Virus record (IMG/VR): IMGVR_UViG_3300037420_001819
Span: 1 to 63,338 of that record
DNA: 63,338 nucleotides
Source of the DNA: a virus
Lineage: Duplodnaviria; Caudoviricetes
Reading direction: 5' to 3' (one strand)
Part shown: in pieces, positions 25,561 through 33,658 of the stretch
Numbering within the stretch: position 1 is the first letter of the stretch
Layout: each line of letters starts with the position of its first letter
Notes under the pieces: generated by a model
What the model was told of the DNA's origin: nothing
Seen by the model: only the letters and a program-made list of their open reading frames with translations
The model's database searches: none
Program-made: the position numbers and the translations under genes

Positions 25561-25965
25561 ATGTTCGACGACGTACCCGCCGCCACCATTCAGGCAGATC
25601 TGGACCGGATCGACCGCGAGGTCGGCGCCAGGATCCGCACCTACCGCAAGGCCGCAGGCCTGAGCCAGGCCGAGCTCGGCGCCGCGGTAGGCGTCACCTT
25701 CCAGCAGACGCAGAAGTACGAACGCGGAACCAACCGGGTCTCGAGCTCGAGCCTCGTCCTGTTCGCCCGCAAGCTCGGCGTCACTCCGCTCGACCTGCTC
25801 GGCGCCGACGGGGGCAGGCCCATGCCGTCGGCGAGCCTGCAGTTCATCGAGAGCGGCGAGGGCGTCCGGCTCGCCGAGATCATGGCCGGTCTTCCGGCGA
25901 AGCTGCGCGCCCAGGTGCTGAAGATCGCCGCCGTGCTGGCCGGCGATGAGCGAGCCGGGCTCTAG
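25561..25965 (+). CDS. XRE-family HTH transcriptional regulator
   Basis: [44 protein letters not shown], classic alphaproteobacterial XRE HTH. Confidence 0.9.
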   Translation: MFDDVPAATIQADLDRIDREVGARIRTYRKAAGLSQAELGAAVGVTFQQTQKYERGTNRVSSSSLVLFARKLGVTPLDLLGADGGRPMPSASLQFIESGEGVRLAEIMAGLPAKLRAQVLKIAAVLAGDERAGL

Positions 25966-26034
25966 GCGAGGTTGCTAGGCGGCCGCCAGCGGCTCCGCTA
26001 TGACGGCCGCCCAACCCCGCACAGGACCCCCGCC

Positions 26035-26232
26035 ATGCGCGCCAAAGATCTCGCCGACCGCCTGTCCGCCGACCCCGACTCCGAGGTGTTCCTCGCCGTG
26101 CCCGGCGTCGGCCTGATGAAGGTGGTCGGCGTCCGGCCCCGCACCGTCGAGAAGGTCGCCGACTTCGTGCTCGACCTGTGTCCGGCCGATCATCCCTTCG
26201 CCGCCCCGGCGCATCTGCTCGAGACGCCCTGA
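26035..26232 (+). CDS. hypothetical protein
   Basis: MRAKDLADRL..., ACAGGA RBS. Confidence 0.55.
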   Translation: MRAKDLADRLSADPDSEVFLAVPGVGLMKVVGVRPRTVEKVADFVLDLCPADHPFAAPAHLLETP

Positions 26233-26267
26233 AACGAAACGGCCCCGGTGGTCGCACACCGGGGCCG
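26232..26267 (-). terminator. intrinsic terminator at the convergence of late and recombination operons
   Basis: Stem CGGCCCCGGTG/CACCGGGGCCG followed by TTTCGTTT on -. Confidence 0.7.
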
Positions 26268-26347
26268 CACAGCTCGAACCGGGGCGGGAGGAGGTCCCGC
26301 TGTCCGACGCATCCGCGCCGACAGGGAACGCCGTTCCGCCGATTCGG

Positions 26348-26500
26348 TCAAATCAGCGCGCCGACCGCCAGTCCGGCGCAGAACGCCATGACCGCGCTCA
26401 GCTTCGGGTGCGAGACGATGAACCGCGACGCCGCGCCGTAGAACTCCTTGGCCTCGCCCTCGGCCGTGTGCACCAGGGCGTACAGTCTCGCCTTGTCCAT
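26348..26500 (-). CDS. small membrane protein (not in the ORF track)
   Basis: MDKARLYALVH...AVMAFCAGLAVGALI*, 50 aa, ACAGGAGG RBS, C-terminal TM. Confidence 0.65.
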   Translation of the reverse strand: MDKARLYALVHTAEGEAKEFYGAASRFIVSHPKLSAVMAFCAGLAVGALI

Positions 26501-26542
26501 GATGTCCTCCTGTGACGCCGGGAGGATGCGCCGAGTCGCGCC

Positions 26543-26779
26543 TTACGGCTTCTCGGACAGGGCGGCGATGGTCGCGTCCTTGGCCGCGCTCTGCTTGCTG
26601 GTTCCGTAGTAATACCCGACCACGGCGCCGACGAAGGTCAGGATCGCCCCCAGCAGCATGGTGAAGGCGTCCTTGTTGCCCAGCGGGATCTCGTGGAACG
26701 AGACCACCAGCAACACCACCAGCAACATCGTGAACAGCAGGATGGCCAGCGCCAGGTGGATGTCGAGCTTGTCTTTCAT
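26543..26779 (-). CDS. holin-like two-TM protein
   Basis: Two TM helices, then GYYYGTSKQSAAKDATI, typical of small phage holin-like proteins. Confidence 0.65.
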   Translation of the reverse strand: MKDKLDIHLALAILLFTMLLVVLLVVSFHEIPLGNKDAFTMLLGAILTFVGAVVGYYYGTSKQSAAKDATIAALSEKP

Positions 26780-26905
26780 GGCCGCCCCCGCGACTCGTGG
26801 AAACGGCCCGAGGGTGTCCCCCGGGCCGCTCCCCGTCAAATCAGGCGCAGCAGCGCCACCCAGAGCGCCGCGCCGACCAGCAGCACGGCGCCCCAGCCGA
26901 TCGCC

Positions 26906-27157
26906 CTACGCATCACCCTCGGCCACGACGAACGCCGCCAGCGCCGCCGCTTCGGCTTCCGGCGTATCGAAACGCAGGGCGACGGTGTAGGCGGGGGCGT
27001 CCTCGTCATCGCCCTGCCACGTCCGTTCGTACACAGCGGGATGAACGACGAACGGCTGCAGCTCCGGGTGTTCGGCCAGGAACGTCGGGTTGGTGTTCCA
27101 ACGCGGCCGGCCGAGCGGGTCCGGGTCGAGACGGTCGAGGTTCGAGTTTTTGATCAT
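26906..27157 (-). CDS. hypothetical protein
   Basis: MIKNSNLDRL..., AAGGAGG RBS. Confidence 0.6.
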   Translation of the reverse strand: MIKNSNLDRLDPDPLGRPRWNTNPTFLAEHPELQPFVVHPAVYERTWQGDDEDAPAYTVALRFDTPEAEAAALAAFVVAEGDA

Positions 27158-27168
27158 CGCGCCCTCCT

Positions 27169-29163
27169 TCAAGCCGCCGCCCAGAGGAGCGGGGCGGCGT
27201 GGTTGTCGTTGGCGGCGATGGGGCCGCTTCCCGACGTGATCGCGATGCGCTCGGCGGCGGAGAGAGCGCGCGGGTAGACCACGACCGACCGAATGGGATC
27301 GTTCCAAGGGCCGCTGGACTGTTCAGACCAGTCGCCCAGAGACAGGCGATTGAGCGCTGGCAAGGATACCGCCGCAGGTCCGCTATCGACGCCGTTGGCG
27401 GTAAGCCAGAGCGCCGACCCGTCCCAGGTCAACGCCGCCTTGACCCGCTTCGCACCCGAGAAGCCGGGCACGACTGCCGAGAACGTATCGACGCCGGAGA
27501 TCCTCCACGCAATCTGAAGTCCGTTGGTGGCGTTCCGGTACACCTGTGCCCGGTTGTTGGTGGTGCCGTCGCCGAGCACGAACAGCTTGCGCGAGAGGCC
27601 GTCGATGGCGCGCATGTCAGCATCGACGAACACGGTGAACGGCGCAGAGAATACGAAGCCGAGCCCGGAGACATACGCCGTATCCGCCGCCCGCGTCGCG
27701 CTCGCCCCCGTGGTGACGATCGGCGAGGTCGGGAAAGCTCCCTGTTCGAGCTGGAAGTGAACGAACTCGACGGTTTCGCCGACGATGGCGCTGTCGGGGC
27801 CTACGCCCGATCCAGCACCGATGTTGCCGGTCGCGTTCGGCACCCATGTTCCCGACCACGCATAGAGCCCGCTGGGAAGCTGCGTCACGCCCGTTGTGGT
27901 GATGGTTCCATAGGCCGAGCTTTCAACTGTGGTCGGGTTAGCCACAGGCCCCCGGAGCGCGGAACCAGCCGTGCCGGCCGTGTTTCGAAATTCGAGCCGG
28001 ATCCTCCCGCTAGTACCGGGCTTGAACAGAACGAGAAAGCTGTACGTCGTGCCGCTGGTGACACTCGCGAGCGACCCAGCACCGGTCACCCCTCGGCGGT
28101 GCCACGTGGCACCTTGGCCCGTAACAATCCGGCCAGTAAACGGTCCGTAGCTGCCGCCGGGTGCCGACGTCGCCGACGTGTCGGAATAGCCGGTCGCATT
28201 GTTCGGGTCGCTGTACGGCAGAAGGTTCGTCCGCTGCTCCTCGACCAGCAAGCCCCGGTCCGTGATCCGGGGGGCGCCAGTGGCGAAGGTGGCGTAGGTT
28301 CCGGCGGTGCTGTCGGCGAGGCCGGAGCCGGTGCGGCTGAAGCTCCAACCGTAGAGGCCGCCGAGGTCGGCGGCTGAGCCGTTCATGCCGGCGACGACGT
28401 TCTCGGTGACGGAGCCGACGACGAACGGTGACGGGGCGGGGGCGGCCTCAAATTGAGGGGCGGCAATCCGAATGGTGAAGTCGACAACCGCGCCGCTGTT
28501 ATAGGTGAATTGGAAATACGGGACGACGTTCACGACGGCCGCGTTGCTTGCGGTGCCCGTGTATGTGTACCGGGTCAGCGTCGAGGAAGCGCCGAGGATC
28601 GAAACGACCGAACCCGCACTTTCCTGAAGGTACGTCGATCCCGCCCCGTATTGTGCGATCCGCAGCGTCAGGCCGGTCAGCGTTGACGTACTGCCCCCGA
28701 CGATCGCCACGTCGGCCCCGAGGGTCCACACGGACCCCGTCGCCGCCGCGATGGCGTTCGTTGGTTCGAACAAAGGGCTCGTCACGCCCGTAGCCGACGC
28801 CGTCCCGAACCAACGAACGTCAATGTAGGCTCGGCCGTCGGCGGTCGTACCCGTACCGACGATTTGCCTCGAAAGGCCGTTGGCCGAGCTTTGCAGCGTC
28901 CACCGGGTCGGAGACGTGCCGGGCGTGCCCGCGACCGCGCCCGACGCCGTCGGGTTCTGAATAAGGTTCGTCCGCGTGCGGACCTGGCGGAACTTGCCGC
29001 GCGTGAAGTCGATCGCCAGCGCCGCCGTCGGCGCGAACGGGGCGGGCGGGCTCAGCACCGCGACGTGCACGGGCGAGCCGGGCACGACCTGGGCGACGGC
29101 CGGGGCGGCGAACAGCCCGCTCCAGACCGCCAGGACCGCCAGCAGGCGGGCGAGGATCTTCAT
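27169..29163 (-). CDS. spike/fibre-like protein (carbohydrate-binding and LamG-like beta domains) with N-terminal signal peptide
   Basis: MKILARLLAVLAVWSGLFAAPAVA-Q; FSRTGS...APRITDRGLLVEEQRTNLL...QLEQGAFPTSPIVTTGASATRAAD, a phage fibre signature. Confidence 0.7.
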   Translation of the reverse strand: MKILARLLAVLAVWSGLFAAPAVAQVVPGSPVHVAVLSPPAPFAPTAALAIDFTRGKFRQVRTRTNLIQNPTASGAVAGTPGTSPTRWTLQSSANGLSRQIVGTGTTADGRAYIDVRWFGTASATGVTSPLFEPTNAIAAATGSVWTLGADVAIVGGSTSTLTGLTLRIAQYGAGSTYLQESAGSVVSILGASSTLTRYTYTGTASNAAVVNVVPYFQFTYNSGAVVDFTIRIAAPQFEAAPAPSPFVVGSVTENVVAGMNGSAADLGGLYGWSFSRTGSGLADSTAGTYATFATGAPRITDRGLLVEEQRTNLLPYSDPNNATGYSDTSATSAPGGSYGPFTGRIVTGQGATWHRRGVTGAGSLASVTSGTTYSFLVLFKPGTSGRIRLEFRNTAGTAGSALRGPVANPTTVESSAYGTITTTGVTQLPSGLYAWSGTWVPNATGNIGAGSGVGPDSAIVGETVEFVHFQLEQGAFPTSPIVTTGASATRAADTAYVSGLGFVFSAPFTVFVDADMRAIDGLSRKLFVLGDGTTNNRAQVYRNATNGLQIAWRISGVDTFSAVVPGFSGAKRVKAALTWDGSALWLTANGVDSGPAAVSLPALNRLSLGDWSEQSSGPWNDPIRSVVVYPRALSAAERIAITSGSGPIAANDNHAAPLLWAAA

Positions 29164-29166
29164 GGC

Positions 29167-30138
29167 TCAGTTCCGCAGGATACGGACCGCGACGGTCACG
29201 TCGGAGGTCGACGAGAAGGTCGGCGTGCCCCGGGTGACGGCGCAGGCGTAGATCGTGGAGCCCGAGGCCAGGGCGAACGGGACGGCGAGGTTCTGGGCCT
29301 GGCCGACCGAGGGCGTGCCGAGGCTGGTCCAGTCGGTGACGTGGGCGACGCCGATCACCTTGTCGAAGTCGGCCGCCGCCACGCTGAACGCGACCTTGTC
29401 GGTGCAGGTCGAGGCCGACGGGTTGGCGCTGAACAGCACCACGTCGGTCGAGGTGGTCTGCGCCGACTTGGTGTCGACCAGCACCGACTGGATCAGGCCC
29501 GAGCCGTTGGTCACCCGCGCGGCGTTCGACAGCGTGATCAGGCCGCCGATCGCCTGCCCCGACGTGTAGGCCGAGGACGCGGTGACGGTCTGCGCCGCCG
29601 TGAGGGTGATCGCGTTGCCGCCGACCTCGCCGATGTGCAGCTCGCCCGCCGGGGTCGGAGCGATGAAGTCGGCGTGCAGCTGGTCGAGCTTGGTGTTCGC
29701 CGAGGTCTGGTTGGCGGCGGTGGCGGCGCCGGCGGGCAGGGCCGCGCTCGACGGCGCGTCCGCGGCCTCGATCGCCGACACCTTCCACCCGGGGCGCACC
29801 GCGATCAGCTTCTCCTGCCCGGCCTCGAGCCGGACGCCGGTGGTCTCGGTCGCGATCGGGGTCTCGCCGGCCAGCACCACTGCGGCGCCGGACAGCACGG
29901 TCACCCGGGCGAAGCCGCCGGAGGTCGGCGACCCGAACGACGGCGCGGCGGCGGTCGACTGCGCCGTGGTGACGGTCAGCGTCTCGCCGCCGTACACCGA
30001 CGCCGGCTGGTTGGGCGCGACCTGGGCGACGGACTGCACCCATTCGACGCGCACCTTGGCGGCGGCTTCGGCCAGGGTCGGCGCGGCGAGCGCCAGGGCC
30101 GCGACGGCCAGGGCCGTCAGACGATTGAGGAATTTCAT
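29167..30138 (-). CDS. beta-rich protein with N-terminal signal peptide (possible spike base/decoration)
   Basis: MKFLNRLTALAVAALALAAPTLAEA; Ser/Thr/Val-rich beta domains; CAGGGG RBS. Confidence 0.7.
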   Translation of the reverse strand: MKFLNRLTALAVAALALAAPTLAEAAAKVRVEWVQSVAQVAPNQPASVYGGETLTVTTAQSTAAAPSFGSPTSGGFARVTVLSGAAVVLAGETPIATETTGVRLEAGQEKLIAVRPGWKVSAIEAADAPSSAALPAGAATAANQTSANTKLDQLHADFIAPTPAGELHIGEVGGNAITLTAAQTVTASSAYTSGQAIGGLITLSNAARVTNGSGLIQSVLVDTKSAQTTSTDVVLFSANPSASTCTDKVAFSVAAADFDKVIGVAHVTDWTSLGTPSVGQAQNLAVPFALASGSTIYACAVTRGTPTFSSTSDVTVAVRILRN

Positions 30139-30210
30139 GGGTACGCCCCTGTTGTTGGTGCGGCGACCGTAAGGCCGAATCGGGCGGCGGCGGAGAACGG
30201 CGGCGCGGGC

Positions 30211-30240
30211 AAGAAAAAAGGCCCCCCGGCTGGAGGGCCC
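30211..30240 (-). terminator. intrinsic terminator after the lysis cassette
   Basis: GGGCCCTCCAGCCGGGGGGCC followed by TTTTTTCTT on -. Confidence 0.75.
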
Positions 30241-30305
30241 GCAAGTCAAAGGAGGAAACGCCCCGGAGGGGTCCGGAACCCGCTTCGGATACCGCGAGTC
30301 GCCGA

Positions 30306-30818
30306 CTACTTCACCGCCCGCTGTTCTTCGACCCATCCCTGGAGGTCGGCGAGCTGCTGCTGGTCGGCCTGGCAAGAGCCGAGGTTTGAGAGCTCGACCC
30401 CGAGGGCTGCAGAGGGAGCAACGTCCGAGGGGGCGTCATCAGGTTGGCCGGGGGCGATGGAAAGCGGGTCGGCGCCGGACAGCTGGGCGTTGTACAGGCG
30501 CACAAAGCCCCAAGGCAGATTGCCGAAATGAGCGTCAGTCGCAGGCGTGACATAGGTGGGGACCTCCCGGATCAGGGTGCGGGTGCGGTACTCGATCTTG
30601 ACCTGGGCGGCGGCCGACTTCGCGCCGATCCGGTCGGTGATGTCGGCGCGCGCGTGCTCCACGCCGCGGGCCGCCTCCGAAGCCTTCATCCCGGCCCGTG
30701 CGATCTTCAGGTCGAGGTCGTCGGCGCGGATTTTCTCCCAGCCCGCGGCCAGCGCCAGGACGGCGCAGCCGGCCATCAGGACGTAGCTGGCGGGCTTGCT
30801 GAACAGGAACCCGAGCAT
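30306..30818 (-). CDS. Rz: Rz-like inner-membrane spanin
   Basis: N-terminal TM, coiled coil, TLIREVPTYV...LPWGFVRLYN, immediately after the endolysin. Confidence 0.8.
   Translation of the reverse strand: MLGFLFSKPASYVLMAGCAVLALAAGWEKIRADDLDLKIARAGMKASEAARGVEHARADITDRIGAKSAAAQVKIEYRTRTLIREVPTYVTPATDAHFGNLPWGFVRLYNAQLSGADPLSIAPGQPDDAPSDVAPSAALGVELSNLGSCQADQQQLADLQGWVEEQRAVK
30311..30553 (-). CDS. Rz1: Rz1-like outer-membrane lipoprotein spanin embedded in Rz
   Basis: Signal peptide with lipobox LCAC, Pro-rich PAPTRFPSPPANLMTPP, alternative frame inside Rz. Confidence 0.75.
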   Translation of the reverse strand: MSRLRLTLISAICLGALCACTTPSCPAPTRFPSPPANLMTPPRTLLPLQPSGSSSQTSALARPTSSSSPTSRDGSKNSGR

Positions 30819-31495
30819 CAGGCGGCGAGCCTCCGGTCTGCAGCCGCCTTCAGGCGCTGGTCGTAATGGTTCCTGGCGTAGTCCTTGCCGTTGAACAGGC
30901 GGGCGGCGTCGGCCCAGCGTCCGCTCCGGACGGCGGCGTGCAGGTCCGGGTTGGCGATGACGTGCCGGGTGAAGATCGTCAGGTGCTCGCCTTCGCCCCG
31001 GGCCATGGCCAGGGCGAACGCCCACGGGCAGTCGAAGTCGAGTTCGGCGTACTGGAACCCCATGACCTGGAACAGGCCCCAGCTGGCGCTCTGCAGGGCG
31101 GCGTCGACGTCCAGCGCCACGGCGGCGAGCAGCTGGTCCCAGCGCGCGGCCTGGCTGTTCGGGTAGGGCCGCTGCCCCGGGCGCCGGTAGGACAGATCGG
31201 GGTGATCGTCGCCGTAGCGGCCGTCGGTCATCCGGTGGAAGACGTGCGGCTCGTACAGGATGATCGGCAGATGGCTGACCGGATGGAAGCCGCGGCCGGC
31301 GCTCTCCACGTCGCAGAACGCCCAGACGTTTTCCCTCGGCGCGTCGAGGATGTGGGCCGCGCGGGCGACGTCGATCTCGGTCAGCGGGCGCGGATCCGGG
31401 CAGGCCAGCGCCTTCAGGATCGAAGCCTTGGTGCGCGGTCCGATCGCGCCGTCGACGGTCACGCCGAGCTCGCGCTGCAGGTCTTGCGGGGTCAT
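30818..31495 (-). CDS. endolysin: PG-binding domain plus N-acetylmuramidase (DUF3380-like)
   Basis: LQRELGVTVDGAIGPRT; VESAGRGF, ILYEPHVF, SASWGLFQVMGF, FNGKDYARNHYD. Confidence 0.9.
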   Translation of the reverse strand: MTPQDLQRELGVTVDGAIGPRTKASILKALACPDPRPLTEIDVARAAHILDAPRENVWAFCDVESAGRGFHPVSHLPIILYEPHVFHRMTDGRYGDDHPDLSYRRPGQRPYPNSQAARWDQLLAAVALDVDAALQSASWGLFQVMGFQYAELDFDCPWAFALAMARGEGEHLTIFTRHVIANPDLHAAVRSGRWADAARLFNGKDYARNHYDQRLKAAADRRLAA

Positions 31496-31554
31496 GGGGC
31501 CTTCCGGAGCGAATCGCCTCCGGAAGGGTCGGTCAGGCGGCGCCGTTAGGCAAA

Positions 31555-31854
31555 TCAGCGGCGCGGTTCGTCCATGCGGCGCTCGATGCGCCCGAGCGCG
31601 TCGTTGGAGGCGTCCTGCTTGGCCTCCATCCGGGTGAGCCGGCGGTCGAGTTCGGGAAAGCTGCGCTCGAGCTCGGACAGGCGCTTGCTCTCGGCGGCGA
31701 GGTCGCGGGCGTTGGTGTCGATGCGGGCGCTGGCGTCGGCGGCGAGGCTGGCCAGGGTGTAGAGCCCCAGGGAGGCGGCGGCGATCACATGCCACCATTC
31801 CCGGACGGCGGTCCGGAACTGCGCCCACGAGTCCGGTTTCGCCCGCGCCGTCAT
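31555..31854 (-). CDS. holin-like/TM coiled-coil protein
   Basis: One TM helix then a coiled coil, just upstream of the endolysin. Confidence 0.55.
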   Translation of the reverse strand: MTARAKPDSWAQFRTAVREWWHVIAAASLGLYTLASLAADASARIDTNARDLAAESKRLSELERSFPELDRRLTRMEAKQDASNDALGRIERRMDEPRR

Positions 31855-31951
31855 CTACCCGTCCCCGACTCACTGTCGCTCCTGGGGGGAACTTTTTCCG
31901 AGTTCCGGCGTTGGCGCCACCACTTTTGGGGGTCTCGGGCGCCGCCGGACA

Positions 31952-32269
31952 CTACGGGTTGGGCGCGTCGAACTCGCCGGCCCACGCCCGACAGGCCTGC
32001 ATGATCTGCAGCGCCGTCGCGCCCTTGCCGTGGAAGTCGTTCTCGGCGACGCAGGCGGCCAACTGGTACAGCAGGTGCGGCGCCAGTCCGATCCCAGCGT
32101 CCGCCATGATTTCCATCGCGGTGACGATCTGCACCACCGGCGACGTCTGCATCACCGCCTCGGCCAGTTGCTCCCGGTGGTGCGCCTCGAAATGGGCGAA
32201 CTGGCCGTAGGTGGCGGCCGCGATCAGCGCGGCGCGGGTCGGGTGGATGCCGTTCAGCGAGACGAGCAT
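31952..32269 (-). CDS. hypothetical protein
   Basis: 105 aa, AAGGA RBS. Confidence 0.65.
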   Translation of the reverse strand: MLVSLNGIHPTRAALIAAATYGQFAHFEAHHREQLAEAVMQTSPVVQIVTAMEIMADAGIGLAPHLLYQLAACVAENDFHGKGATALQIMQACRAWAGEFDAPNP

Positions 32270-32273
32270 GGGG

Positions 32274-32645
32274 TCAGTCCTTCGGGTGGTCGGTCTTCAG
32301 CTCGGCGATGCGGCGCTCGAGCGCTTCGAACTCGGCGCGATCCTCCGGGCTCGGGGGCCGGCCGTCCAGTCCGGCGCGGGCCAGCTTCATCAGCACGCCC
32401 AGCTGGTCGCCGATCAGTTCGCTGTAGCCGGTCCGGCGCATGAACCGCCAGTCGTGAGGGTCCGGCGTCTCGGCCGGATCGACCCATTCGCGCCGATCCC
32501 AGTCCCAGCGATGGGTCCGGTACGGCGCGTCGGCGTCGAATTCCAGCAGGGCCTCGCCCGCGCCGAGGTTCAGCACGGCGTCGCGGGCGTCCATTCGCTC
32601 GATCGACCGGACCCGACCGTCAGCGCTCAGGCGGAACCAGATCAT
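32274..32645 (-). CDS. tail fibre assembly-like protein
   Basis: MIWFRLSADGRV...RRTGYSELIGDQLGVL...ELKTDHPK; follows the fibre gene with ATGA overlap. Confidence 0.65.
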   Translation of the reverse strand: MIWFRLSADGRVRSIERMDARDAVLNLGAGEALLEFDADAPYRTHRWDWDRREWVDPAETPDPHDWRFMRRTGYSELIGDQLGVLMKLARAGLDGRPPSPEDRAEFEALERRIAELKTDHPKD

Positions 32646-33658
32646 GCGGCCTTCTTGTCCTCGGTGACGCTGAAGTAAGTGTCCTGCGCCTTGTTGGTGT
32701 GCGAGCCGGAGCCGATCGAGTTGCACCACACCTCGAGCGTGTTGGTCCCCGCCGGCAGGCCGGTGAAGGTCAGGTGGGCGGTGGCCAGACCGATCATCCC
32801 GGCCTGGATGAAGTGATCGTCGGCGTTGGTCATCACGTCGTTGCCGCTGGTCGACCAGACCGGCGCCGTCTGGCCGATCTTCAGGTAGAAGTGGCTCTCG
32901 TTGGCGTTGCTGGACCAGTAGTAGAACGACACGACCACGGTGATCTTCGACGACGGGTCGTCGACGGTGAAGTTCATCGACTTCAACAGCGCGTGGCCGG
33001 TAGCCGACGGAATGGTCACGCTCGACGAGAGATCCTGGCTGGCGGTGATGCGCACCGCCGCGCCGGTGTTGATGTGCACCGTGCTGATCGCGTTCAGGTC
33101 GGCCAGCACCCCGACGTTCAGCGAGGCCTGCGGATCCCAGATCGTGCCGTTCCAGCGCTTCAGCTTGAACGGCGTGGTCGAGGTGTCGATCCACAGGTCG
33201 CCGACGGCGGGGCTCGGCGGCGCCGTGGCCGAGACGGTCCAGTTGTTGGTCGCCATCGTGCCCTGGCCGACGATGCCGTCGGCGGTGCCGGAGGTGTTCG
33301 ACTTCTGGACGGTCAGGGTGGTGACCTGCACCACCGGGGCTTTCCACGGCCCGACCACGCCGTCGCCGACGGCGCGCCACGACACGTCGTACTGGGTGGT
33401 GACCAGCAGCGAGGTCAGCACGGCGCCGAGGTCGCCCTTCGGGACTTTCAGGGTCCGGTAGGTCGAGCCGCCGGTCTTCACCCAGCGCAACTCGACGTGG
33501 GTGACGTAGGGGTTGGCGATCGCCGACCAGGTCGCGTTGATCACCGGGTCGGACTGGCCGCCGGAGGTGGCGGTGGCGGCCGTCAGCGTCACCGCCGGGG
33601 CGACCATGGTGGCGTCGACGGTCTCGAACGTCGCCGGGATGCAGTCGGCGTTGGCCAT
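32642..33658 (-). CDS. tail tip/host-specificity protein with FN3-like domain
   Basis: INATWS...YDVSWRAV...GPW (FN3-like); PAVGDLWIDTS...LKRWNGTIW repeat unit; beta-sandwich C-terminus. Confidence 0.7.
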   Translation of the reverse strand: MANADCIPATFETVDATMVAPAVTLTAATATSGGQSDPVINATWSAIANPYVTHVELRWVKTGGSTYRTLKVPKGDLGAVLTSLLVTTQYDVSWRAVGDGVVGPWKAPVVQVTTLTVQKSNTSGTADGIVGQGTMATNNWTVSATAPPSPAVGDLWIDTSTTPFKLKRWNGTIWDPQASLNVGVLADLNAISTVHINTGAAVRITASQDLSSSVTIPSATGHALLKSMNFTVDDPSSKITVVVSFYYWSSNANESHFYLKIGQTAPVWSTSGNDVMTNADDHFIQAGMIGLATAHLTFTGLPAGTNTLEVWCNSIGSGSHTNKAQDTYFSVTEDKKAA

